A stretch of 32,602 bases of DNA, from positions 1 to 32,602 of the forward strand of contig JACQUR010000108.1 of the NCBI GenBank assembly GCA_016210245.1. Direction: 5' to 3'. Positions 1-8,070 of this stretch are shown in pieces. The stretch comes from Chloroflexota bacterium. Its GTDB lineage: Bacteria; Chloroflexota; UBA6077; JACQUR01. A program made the translations under genes and the position numbers. The number at the start of each line of letters is the position of its first letter. The first letter of the stretch is position 1. The notes under the pieces are model-generated. The model saw only the letters and a program-made list of their open reading frames with translations. It had not been told where the DNA came from and did not search any database.

Positions 1-105
1 CCGGTGCCCACCCGCGTGCCGCCCGAGATCAAGGCGCGCATGGACCCGGGTGACTACGTCCGCCCGCTGAGCGACGAGGACGCAGCGTTCTTGCGAGGGG
101 AGTGA
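1..105 (+). CDS. 3' end of a UbiD-family decarboxylase ('type A' paralog), truncated by the window edge
   Basis: Frame 1 reads PVPTRVPPEIKARMDPGDYVRPLSDEDAAFLRGE*, matching the C-terminus of 8071..9582 (PAPTRVPPEVSARMDPGEYVGPLNDRVLRYVRGE*), with the same GAGGGGAGTGA junction to the next gene. Confidence 0.85.
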   Translation, partial: PVPTRVPPEIKARMDPGDYVRPLSDEDAAFLRGE

Positions 106-107
106 CC

Positions 108-1586
108 ATGGCCGTCCAAGCCACGGCTGAGCTAGCCAGAGCGACGAAACCTCAGTGGCGCGACCTGCGCGAGTGGCTGCAGTTGGTCGAGGCCATCGGC
201 GAGCTGAAGACGGTGCGCGGGGCCACCTCGGAGGCGGACATCGGCGCGATCACCGAGATGTGCGAGCACGCCGACCAGAGCCCGTGCCTGCTGTTCGACG
301 ACATCCCGGGCTTTCAGCGCGGCTTCCGGGTGATGTCGAACGGCATGGGCACCCGCCGCCGCCAGGCGATCACCCTCGGCCTCGACCCCGCGGAGGCCTC
401 CCACGAGCGGCTGCTTGAGTTCTGGCGCGGGCTGCTGCGCGGCTTCACGCCCATTCCCGCGGTCACCGTTGGGCAGGGGCCGATCCAGGAGAACATCCTG
501 CGGGGCGAGGACGTGGACTTGGGCCGCCTCCCAGCCCCGATCTGGCACCCGCTCGACGGCGGGCGCTTCATCGGCACCGCCAGCGTGAACATCGTGCGCG
601 ACCCGGATACCGGGGTAGTCAACGCCGGCACCTACCGCAACCAGATCTTCGACCGCAACAGCGTCGGCATCCGGGTGGCCCCGCCGCACCACGGCGGGAT
701 CATCAAGGAGAAGTACCTGAAGCGCGGCGAGCCCTGCCCCGTGGTGGTGGTGGTGGGCTGCGACCCGCTGCTGTTCATGGCCTCGTGCGTGGAAGGCATT
801 CCCTTTGGCCTGAGCGAGTTCGACTGGGCCGGGGGGGTGCGCGGCCGGCCGATCGAGATGATCCAGGGCGAGGTGACCGGGCTGCCCATCCCGGCCTATG
901 CCGAGATCGCGCTGGAGGGCTTCGTCGTCCCGGACGAGTTCCACAAGGAAGGGCCGTACGGCGAGTGGATGGGCTACTACCAGGACGGGTACCAGCGCGA
1001 CCAGGTGGTGCGGGTCCACCGCATCTACCACCGCGACAACCCGGTCATCCTGGGCTGTCCCCAGGGCAAGCCGCCCCACGAGGACAACCGCTTCCTGGCC
1101 TACCTGCGCTCCGGCATGATCTGGGACCAACTGGAGAAGGCCGGCGTGCCAGGGGTGGTGGGGGTCTGGTCCCCGCCGGAGGGTGGCAACCGGCTGATGA
1201 CCGTGGTGGCGATCAAGCAGCAGTACCCCGGCCACGCCAAGCAGGCGGCGCTCATCGCCTCCCAATGCGCGGGCTCAGTGGAGATGTGCCGTCTGGTGGT
1301 CGTGGTCGACGACTACGTGGACGTGACCAACCTGCAGGACGTGATGTGGGCGATCCTGGCCCGCTCCGACCCGGCCCGCGACGTGGAGATCATCACCCGC
1401 ACCAAGGGCAGCCGGATCGATATCGGCATGGGCCCCGATGAGCGCGAGCTGAAGATGATGTCGCGCATGATCATCGATGCTACCACGCCCTACGAGTGGC
1501 TGAACCACCCGCTGGCGGGCGAGCCGATCTGCACGCCGGAGCGCACCCGGGCCACGCTGGAGAAGTGGGGCTGGATCCTGAGTTGA
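108..1586 (+). CDS. UbiD-family prFMN-dependent (de)carboxylase ('type B', copy 1)
   Basis: UbiD motifs DLREWL, DGGRFI, NAGTYR, EIALEG, EGPYGEW, WAILARSDP, IIDAT. ATG 108 follows GAGGGGAG; GTG 102 is an alternative start. Confidence 0.9.
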   Translation: MAVQATAELARATKPQWRDLREWLQLVEAIGELKTVRGATSEADIGAITEMCEHADQSPCLLFDDIPGFQRGFRVMSNGMGTRRRQAITLGLDPAEASHERLLEFWRGLLRGFTPIPAVTVGQGPIQENILRGEDVDLGRLPAPIWHPLDGGRFIGTASVNIVRDPDTGVVNAGTYRNQIFDRNSVGIRVAPPHHGGIIKEKYLKRGEPCPVVVVVGCDPLLFMASCVEGIPFGLSEFDWAGGVRGRPIEMIQGEVTGLPIPAYAEIALEGFVVPDEFHKEGPYGEWMGYYQDGYQRDQVVRVHRIYHRDNPVILGCPQGKPPHEDNRFLAYLRSGMIWDQLEKAGVPGVVGVWSPPEGGNRLMTVVAIKQQYPGHAKQAALIASQCAGSVEMCRLVVVVDDYVDVTNLQDVMWAILARSDPARDVEIITRTKGSRIDIGMGPDERELKMMSRMIIDATTPYEWLNHPLAGEPICTPERTRATLEKWGWILS

Positions 1587-1674
1587 GATTTCGGATTTCG
1601 GATTTCGGATTTCGGATTGAGGAGGCGTGAGGCCCGGTCCCCAATCCGAAATCCGAAATCCGAAATCCGAAATC
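1587..1674. repeat. Inverted heptamer array (GATTTCG)4 ... (CGAAATC)4 forming a 33-bp stem
   Basis: Arms 1587-1619 and 1642-1674 are reverse complements; AAGGAG RBS follows at 1676. Confidence 0.95.
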
Positions 1675-1686
1675 CAAGGAGTGGAC

Positions 1687-3969
1687 ATGGCGATAGGACA
1701 GGCGGTCCCGATGGTGGACTGGTGGTCGCGCGTGACCGGAGAGGTGGCCTACGCCCTCAACCTGAAGCTGCCGGGCATGCTGCACGCGCGCGTCTTGCAC
1801 AGCCCGCACGCTCACGCGCGGCTGGTGCGGGTGGACACCTCGAGGGCCGAGCGGCTGCCGGGGGTCGCGGCGGCCATCAGCCGCAACGACCTGCTCGGGC
1901 AGGACCAGTTCTCCCCGTACTACGGCCCGGTCATCCGCGACCAGACGCCGCTGGCGCTGGACCGGGTGCGCTACGTGGGCGAGCCGGTGGCGGCGGTCGC
2001 CGCGGTCGACGAGGACACCGCGGCCGAGGCGCTGGACCTGATCGAGGTGGAGTACGAGGAACTGCCGGCTGTCTTCGATCCGGAGGCCGCGCTGGCGCCC
2101 GGGGCGCCGCTGCTGCACGAGGGGCCGCGGCGGGTCATTCCCGCCCGACTCGAGGTGCGGGCGCGGTCGAAGGAAGGGACGAACATCATCCACCTGTTCA
2201 CCCAGCGCAAGGGCGACGTGGAGCAGGGGTTCCGCGAGGCGGACCTCATCATCGAAAACGTGTACACCAGCCCGCCGGTGGCGCACGTGCCGATGGAGCC
2301 CCACAACGCCATCGCCCAGGTGCGGGACGGCCGGATCACCATCTGGACATCGAACCAGAGCCCGCACCTGGTCCAGATGCAGATCGCGGACATCTTCCGC
2401 TTGCCGACGGCCGACGTGCGGGTGATCGTCTCCACCCTCGGTGGCGGCTATGGCGGCAAGATCAACGCCAGGATCGAGCCCATGGCCGCGCTGCTGGCCT
2501 GGAAGGCGCGGCGGCCGGTGCGGCTGGCGCTGCGGCGCAACGAGGAGTTCCTGGTCTACACCCAGCACGCCGTGAAGGTCCGGCTCAAGACGGGGGTGAA
2601 GCGCGATGGGACGCTGGTGGCCCACGAGGCTACCTGCTACTACAACGGCGGCCCCTTCGCCGACAGCTCGCCCAACCTGATCCAGCGAGCCTACGCGTCC
2701 ACCGGACCGTACCGGGTACCCAACCTCAAGACGGACTCCTACGGCGTCTACACTAACGCCCTGCCGGCAGGAGCCTTCCGCGGCTACGGGATCACCCAGG
2801 TCGCCTGGGCGCACGAGCTCCAGATGGACCTCATTGCCGACCAGCTCGGGATCGACCCGCTCGAGCTGCGGCGCAAGAACGTGCTGCACGAAGGTGAGCC
2901 CTTCACCACGGGCGAGCCGTTCCCCGAGTGCCACTACCCCGAACTACTGGAGGAAGCGGCTCGACGGATCGGCTGGGGCGAGGGGCCGCTGGTGGTGCGC
3001 GAGGGCACCAGGATCCGCGCCAAGGGCCTGAGCTGCATCGTCAAGGGCGCCGCGACCGTGCCGTCCTCGGCGATCGTCAAGCTGAACGGCGACGGCAGCC
3101 TGAACGTGCTGGTCAGCAGCGTGGAGATGGGCCAGGGGGCGCAGACGGTGCTGGGCCAGATCGCGGCCGACGAAGCCGGGCTGCCGTTCGAGCGAGTCCG
3201 GGTGTCCGAGCCCGACACGGCCGTCACCCCCTTCGACCACATGACCGCCGCGAGCCGCACGACCTTCACCATGGGCACGGCCGTGCGCTACGCCGTCCAG
3301 GATGTGAAGCGGCAACTGCTGGAGCTCGGGGCCGACCTGCTGGAGGTGTCCAGAGACGACGTGGTGCTGGAGGATGGGCGGGTGAAAGTGCGCGGCGCGC
3401 CCGATCGCTCGCTCGGCTACGGCGACGTGGTCCGCCGGGCGCTGCGCGGCAACCTGCTGGGCCACGGCTACTTCGGGCCGACGACGCACCTGGACCTGGA
3501 GACCGGCCAGGGAAAGGGATCGGCGCAGTGGCACCCGGCGGTGGTGACGTGCGAGGTGGAGGTCGACACGGAAACGGGCAAGGTGGAGGTGACGCGCCTG
3601 CACGCCTGCCTGTACGTCGGGCGGGCCATCAACCCGCGCTTCTGCGAGCTGCAGGTCGAGGGCAGCGCCCTGTTCGGACTGGGCCAGGCGCTGTTCGAGG
3701 AAGTGGTCCTGGACACCGACGGTCGCATCGCCAATCCCAACCTGAGCGACTACATGATCCCGTCGTTCGAAGACGTGCCCCACGAGTTGACGACGTACGT
3801 CCTCGAGTCGGCACATACCAAGGAGGTCCACGGGATCGGCGAGACCGCGGTCCCACCGATTCGGCCGGCCATCGGCAACGCGGTCAACCGAGCGCTGGGC
3901 ACGCGCATCTTCGATCTGCCGCTTACCCCGGAGAGGGTGCTGCGGGCGCTGCAGGAGCAGCGTGGCTAG
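1687..3969 (+). CDS. Xanthine dehydrogenase-family molybdopterin-binding large subunit (copy 1)
   Basis: Motifs SPHAHA, VRYVGEPVAAV, HVPMEPH, LGGGYGGK, GAFRGYG, VEMGQG, TAASRT, HGIGE. ATG 1687 has an AAGGAG RBS; the ORF-track N-terminus from 1627 is translated repeat. Confidence 0.92.
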   Translation: MAIGQAVPMVDWWSRVTGEVAYALNLKLPGMLHARVLHSPHAHARLVRVDTSRAERLPGVAAAISRNDLLGQDQFSPYYGPVIRDQTPLALDRVRYVGEPVAAVAAVDEDTAAEALDLIEVEYEELPAVFDPEAALAPGAPLLHEGPRRVIPARLEVRARSKEGTNIIHLFTQRKGDVEQGFREADLIIENVYTSPPVAHVPMEPHNAIAQVRDGRITIWTSNQSPHLVQMQIADIFRLPTADVRVIVSTLGGGYGGKINARIEPMAALLAWKARRPVRLALRRNEEFLVYTQHAVKVRLKTGVKRDGTLVAHEATCYYNGGPFADSSPNLIQRAYASTGPYRVPNLKTDSYGVYTNALPAGAFRGYGITQVAWAHELQMDLIADQLGIDPLELRRKNVLHEGEPFTTGEPFPECHYPELLEEAARRIGWGEGPLVVREGTRIRAKGLSCIVKGAATVPSSAIVKLNGDGSLNVLVSSVEMGQGAQTVLGQIAADEAGLPFERVRVSEPDTAVTPFDHMTAASRTTFTMGTAVRYAVQDVKRQLLELGADLLEVSRDDVVLEDGRVKVRGAPDRSLGYGDVVRRALRGNLLGHGYFGPTTHLDLETGQGKGSAQWHPAVVTCEVEVDTETGKVEVTRLHACLYVGRAINPRFCELQVEGSALFGLGQALFEEVVLDTDGRIANPNLSDYMIPSFEDVPHELTTYVLESAHTKEVHGIGETAVPPIRPAIGNAVNRALGTRIFDLPLTPERVLRALQEQRG

Positions 3970-3993
3970 TGGCGAGTGCCGAGTGATGCGTGG
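3962..3993. repeat. Degenerate heptamer run (GTGGCTA GTGGCGA GTGCCGA GTGATGC) over the stop codon
   Basis: 7-nt periodicity of GTG seen directly. Confidence 0.5.
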
Positions 3994-4028
3994 TCGGTCA
4001 ATCAAGGTGTGCGGGAAGGAAGGGGGTT

Positions 4029-4096
4029 ATCCGAGCCGCGACCGTGAGGGAGCGCGGACCCCGGGGGCCGCGCGCCCTCACGGTCGCGGCTCGGAT
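4029..4096. repeat. REP-like palindrome with 22-bp arms
   Basis: 4029-4050 (ATCCGAGCCGCGACCGTGAGGG) and 4075-4096 are exact reverse complements. Confidence 0.9.
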
Positions 4097-4126
4097 GGAA
4101 GCTTGGCAACGGAGGTCAAGCTGCTC

Positions 4127-5335
4127 ATGAAGGTATTCCCAGCTCGGCTCCTGACGCTGCTGGCGGCGCTGCTCCTCGCGGCCTGCGCGCCCGCGGCGGC
4201 GCCCAGCCCCACCGTAGCGCCTGCCAGGCCCGCGCCGACGGCCGCGCCCGCGCAACTGACGGCCGCTCCGGCCAGGCCGACCGAGAAGCCGGCCGCGACG
4301 GCGGCCGCGGAGAAGCCGGCGGCCAAGCCGACCGAGAAGCCGGCTGCCAAGCCCGCCTTCGATGAGCAGGCGGTGGCCGACTTCTACCGGGGCAAGACCG
4401 TCAAGATCATCGTCACCTTCCCGCCGGGCGGGAGCTTCGACGTCAACTCGCGCCTGATGGCCAAGTACATGTCGAAGCTCATCCCTGGCAACCCCACGAT
4501 CATCGTTGAGAACATGCCGGGCGCGGCTGGCCTGCTGGGCACGAACCACGTGTACAACGTGGCGCCTCAGGATGGCACCGTCATCGGCGTCACCAACGGC
4601 AGCGCGACGGTGCTGGAGCAGCTCTTCGGCGGGCAGGCCGTCCAGTACGACGCCAGGAAGCTGCTGTACCTCGGCGCTCCGTTTCCATTCAGCTACGTGC
4701 TCATCGTGGGCAAGGCTTCCGGCTTCAAGCAGTTCGACCAGGTCCTGGGCCCGAGCGCCAGGCAGATTGTCCTGGGCGGCAGCGCCCCGGGCTCGGCCAC
4801 CTACGACGCGCCCATCCTGGTCCGTGAGATGCTGGGCGGCAACGTGAAGCTGGTTCCGGGCTATCCGGGCGTGCCCGAGCGCGCCCTGGCGATCGAGCGA
4901 GGCGAGATCGACGGCGCCTTCGAGGTCTGGGAAGGCGCCAAGGTAGCGATTCTGCCGAAGCTGCAGGGCGGAGAGCTGCTACTGCTGGCCCAGTTCACCG
5001 ACGCCCCGCTCAAGGACCTGCCGAACACTCCGACCGTGCTGAGCTTCGCCAGGAGCGAGGAACAGCGCCAACTGCTGCGCCTGGGTATCGTCGTGCCCGG
5101 CCAGTTCTCGGTCCAGTATTTCCTTGCCCCCGGCGTGCCCGGGGACCGCGTGCAGGCGCTGAAAGCCGCCTGGGCGAAGACCACGCTCGACCAGGAGTAC
5201 CTGGCCGAGGCGAAGAAGGCCAATCTGGAGATTCAGCCGCTCAGCGGCGAGCAGCTCCAGAAGCTGGTCCTGGAGTTCCTGGACATGCCGGCCGACCTGA
5301 AGACGAAGTTGAAGAACGCGATGCGTCCAAGTTGA
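4127..5335 (+). CDS. Tripartite tricarboxylate transporter substrate-binding lipoprotein (TctC/Bug family)
   Basis: Lipobox LAAC, Pro/Ala/Lys linker, then FYRGKTVKIIV-PPGGSFD, IIVENMPGAAG, APQDGT, AIERGEIDG. GGAGG precedes ATG 4127. Confidence 0.88.
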   Translation: MKVFPARLLTLLAALLLAACAPAAAPSPTVAPARPAPTAAPAQLTAAPARPTEKPAATAAAEKPAAKPTEKPAAKPAFDEQAVADFYRGKTVKIIVTFPPGGSFDVNSRLMAKYMSKLIPGNPTIIVENMPGAAGLLGTNHVYNVAPQDGTVIGVTNGSATVLEQLFGGQAVQYDARKLLYLGAPFPFSYVLIVGKASGFKQFDQVLGPSARQIVLGGSAPGSATYDAPILVREMLGGNVKLVPGYPGVPERALAIERGEIDGAFEVWEGAKVAILPKLQGGELLLLAQFTDAPLKDLPNTPTVLSFARSEEQRQLLRLGIVVPGQFSVQYFLAPGVPGDRVQALKAAWAKTTLDQEYLAEAKKANLEIQPLSGEQLQKLVLEFLDMPADLKTKLKNAMRPS

Positions 5336-5360
5336 GGTTCGGGATGCTCGAACGGTGGGC

Positions 5361-5417
5361 TTTCTGGCGATGCCGGCAGATATCAAGTCCAGGCTGCAGC
5401 GGGTGATGCGCCCGTGA
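5361..5417 (+). pseudogene. Remnant 3' end of a second TctC/Bug paralog
   Basis: Reads FLAMPADIKSRLQRVMRP*, versus FLDMPADLKTKLKNAMRPS* at the end of 4127..5335. Its TGA overlaps the next GTG (GTGA). Confidence 0.65.
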
Positions 5418-7897
5418 AGCAGGCGCTGGCCAATCGGGATGGGGGAAGGGCGTCCTTCGACAGGCTCAGGACGAGCGTGGGGCCGGTCGGGCAGAGCGTG
5501 CCGGTGGTCGACGCCTACGAGCGCGTCACGGGGCAGGTGGGCTATGTGCTCAACGTCGAGCTGCCCGGCATGCTGGCCGGGCGGATCCTGCGCAGCCCGC
5601 ACCCCCACGCCCGAGTGCTCCGCGTCGACGCCTCGCGCGCCGAGCGCCTGCCGGGCGTCGTGGCTGTCCTGACCCGGGCGGACCTGGAGCACCCGGAGGC
5701 CCTCACTCCCCGCTACGGGCGGATGCTCTGCGACCAGACCATCGTGGCGGTAGACCGGGTGCGCTTCGTCGGCGACCCGGTGGCGGCGGTAGCGGCCGTG
5801 GACGAGGAGGTGGCCGACGAAGCGCTCGACCTGATCGAGGTCGACTACGAGCCGCTGCCAGCCGTGTTCGAGGTGGACGAGGCGCTGCGGCCGGACGCGC
5901 CGCTGCTCCACGAGCCCCGGCCGGAGGTGCAACCCGGGCTCGGGCACCTGGCCGGGGCCGTCGCCGGAGCGAACAACCTGTGCGGCCACTTCAAACTGCG
6001 CCGAGGCGATGTGGAGCAGGGCTTCGCCCAGGCGGACTTCGTCTTCGAGGACACCTTTCGCTCCCCCGCCGTGCAGCACGTGTCGCTCGAGCCGCACGTC
6101 ACCGTTGCCCAGTACGAGGGCGGCCGGCTCACCCTCTGGTCCTCTACCCAGATGCCCCACGCGATCCGAGCCCAGATGGCGACGATGTTCCACCTGCCGC
6201 AGTCGAAGGTGCGGGTCATCGTCCACACCCTGGGCGGCGGGTATGGCGCCAAGGGCTCGCTCCGACTCGAGCCGATCGCCAGCCTGCTGGCCTGGAAGGC
6301 GCGGCGGCCGGTCAAGATCGTCCTGCGGCGTGCGGAGGAGTTCGTCACGGTCACCAAGCACGCCGCGACTGTCCACGTGAAGACCGGGGTGATGCGGGAT
6401 GGGACCCTCGTGGCGCGACAGATGGCTACCTACTTCAACACCGGCGCCTACGCCGACATCGGGCCGCTCGTCGCCCGCAACGGCGGCCTGGCCATGGTCG
6501 GCCCATACCGGGTCCCGCACGTGAAGATCGACTCGTACGCGGTCTGGACCAACCTCGTTCCAGCCGGGGCGTTTCGCGGCTTTGGCGTGCCGCAGGCGGC
6601 CTGGGCGTACGAGAGCCAGATGGACATGATCGCCGAGCGGTTGGGCATGGACCCGCTCGAGCTGCGGCGCCGGAACGTGGTCCACGACGGCGATCGCCAC
6701 CCGAGCGGCCAGGAGCTCGAGGACCTGCACTTCGACGAGCTGATCGAGGGTGCGGTGGCGTCCGTCGCCTGGCAGCCGGGCGACGCCTGGTGGCTGAGGC
6801 AGGCCGCGGCGGGTGGGCAGGATGAGAGCAGGTCTCGGCAGGCCCGCCCTTCAGGGCGGCAGCCCAGAGAGGCCGCCGCCCTGAAGGGCGGGCCTGGGAG
6901 CGCCGCGGAGCCGGGTGGGCAGGGCGGGCGAGAGACCAGCAAGCGCCGGGGGAAGGCCGTGACCGTCATCATGAAGTCCACGCTCACGCCGTCGACCTCC
7001 ACCGCCTCGGCCAAGCTGAATGAAGACGGCAGCCTGGACGTGGCCACCAGCAGCGTCGAGATGGGGCAGGGCGCCACGACGGCGCTGGCCCAGCTCGCCG
7101 CCGAGGCCGCGGAGCTGCCTTACCAGCGCGTGCGGGTGTCCGAGCCCGACACCGACGTGACCCCTTACGACCAGCAGACCAGTTCCAGTCGCACCACCTT
7201 CTCGATGGGCACGGCCGTAGCCCAGGCGGCCCGGGAGGTCAAGCGCCAGGTCCTGGAGCTGGCGGCGGGGCTGCTGGAGGTCGGGGTGGACGACCTGGTG
7301 GCGCGCAACGGCAGGGTGGAGGTCCGCGGGGCACCCGAGCGCGGACTCGACTACGGCGAGGTGGTGCGCAAGGGCCGGCGGGGCAACCTGCTCGGCCAGG
7401 GCGCCTGCGTCACGAAGGGCGGCCTGGACCCCGAGACAGGACAGGGCTTCGCCTCCGTCCACTGGCACCAGGCCACAGCCGCGTGCGAAGTCGAGGTCGA
7501 CACCGAGACCGGGAAGATCGAGGTGCTCAAGTTCGACTCCGGGGCGTTCGCGGGTAGGATGGTGAATCCCCGGCTGTGCGAGCTGCAGACCGAGGGGAAC
7601 ACCCTGTTTGGCCTGGGGCAGGCGCTCTTCGAGGAGATGCGGTACGAAGACGGCCAGGTGGTGAACCAGAACCTGGCCGACTACATGATCCCGTCCTTCA
7701 AGGACGTGCCTGGCGACCTGGTCAGCTCGATCCTGGAACGGGCGGAGAGGGGCGAGGTCCACGGCATCGGCGAAACCTCGCTCCCCCCAGTGATGGCGGC
7801 GATCGCGAACGCCGTCTACAACGCAGTAGGAGTGCGCATCACAGACCTGCCGCTCACGGCGGAGAAGGTGTTAGCAGTGCTGAGTGCTGAGTCCTGA
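5414..7897 (+). CDS. Xanthine dehydrogenase-family molybdopterin-binding large subunit (copy 2), with an in-frame repeat-derived insertion
   Basis: Motifs SPHPHA, VRFVGDPVAAV, HVSLEPH, LGGGYGAK, GAFRGFG, VEMGQG, SSSRT, HGIGE; clear paralog of 1687..3969. Start is GTG 5414 (GTGA overlap) or GTG 5477. Confidence 0.92.
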   Translation: MKQALANRDGGRASFDRLRTSVGPVGQSVPVVDAYERVTGQVGYVLNVELPGMLAGRILRSPHPHARVLRVDASRAERLPGVVAVLTRADLEHPEALTPRYGRMLCDQTIVAVDRVRFVGDPVAAVAAVDEEVADEALDLIEVDYEPLPAVFEVDEALRPDAPLLHEPRPEVQPGLGHLAGAVAGANNLCGHFKLRRGDVEQGFAQADFVFEDTFRSPAVQHVSLEPHVTVAQYEGGRLTLWSSTQMPHAIRAQMATMFHLPQSKVRVIVHTLGGGYGAKGSLRLEPIASLLAWKARRPVKIVLRRAEEFVTVTKHAATVHVKTGVMRDGTLVARQMATYFNTGAYADIGPLVARNGGLAMVGPYRVPHVKIDSYAVWTNLVPAGAFRGFGVPQAAWAYESQMDMIAERLGMDPLELRRRNVVHDGDRHPSGQELEDLHFDELIEGAVASVAWQPGDAWWLRQAAAGGQDESRSRQARPSGRQPREAAALKGGPGSAAEPGGQGGRETSKRRGKAVTVIMKSTLTPSTSTASAKLNEDGSLDVATSSVEMGQGATTALAQLAAEAAELPYQRVRVSEPDTDVTPYDQQTSSSRTTFSMGTAVAQAAREVKRQVLELAAGLLEVGVDDLVARNGRVEVRGAPERGLDYGEVVRKGRRGNLLGQGACVTKGGLDPETGQGFASVHWHQATAACEVEVDTETGKIEVLKFDSGAFAGRMVNPRLCELQTEGNTLFGLGQALFEEMRYEDGQVVNQNLADYMIPSFKDVPGDLVSSILERAERGEVHGIGETSLPPVMAAIANAVYNAVGVRITDLPLTAEKVLAVLSAES
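6839..6896. repeat. Intragenic REP-like palindrome with 22-bp arms
   Basis: 6839-6860 (CAGGCCCGCCCTTCAGGGCGGC) and 6875-6896 are exact reverse complements; same family as 16906-16971 and 30366-30570. Confidence 0.9.
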
Positions 7898-8060
7898 GTC
7901 CTGAGTCAGGGACGAGCACTCAGCACTCAGCACTCAGCACTCAGCACTCAAGACTCAAGACTCAGCACTCAGGACTCAGGACTCAGCACTCAGGACTCAA
8001 GACTCAAGACTCAGCACTCAGGACTCAGCACTCAAGACTCAGGACTCAGGACTCAGCACT
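7876..8060. repeat. Asymmetric inverted heptamer array: 4 x AGT(G/C)CTG, then 21 units of CAGCACT/CAAGACT/CAGGACT type
   Basis: Counted directly: short arm 7876-7906, long arm 7914-8060 (first unit GAGCACT); GGAGGAGG RBS starts at 8061. Confidence 0.95.
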
Positions 8061-8070
8061 GGAGGAGGCC

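Noticed and set aside
1687-7897. Aerobic CO dehydrogenase CoxL
   Set aside because: Active-site loops are AFRGYG and AFRGFG, not AYRCSFR (form I) or AYRGAGR (form II).
7914-8060. Possible CRISPR array
   Set aside because: Units are contiguous 7-mers without unique spacers, and no cas genes are present.
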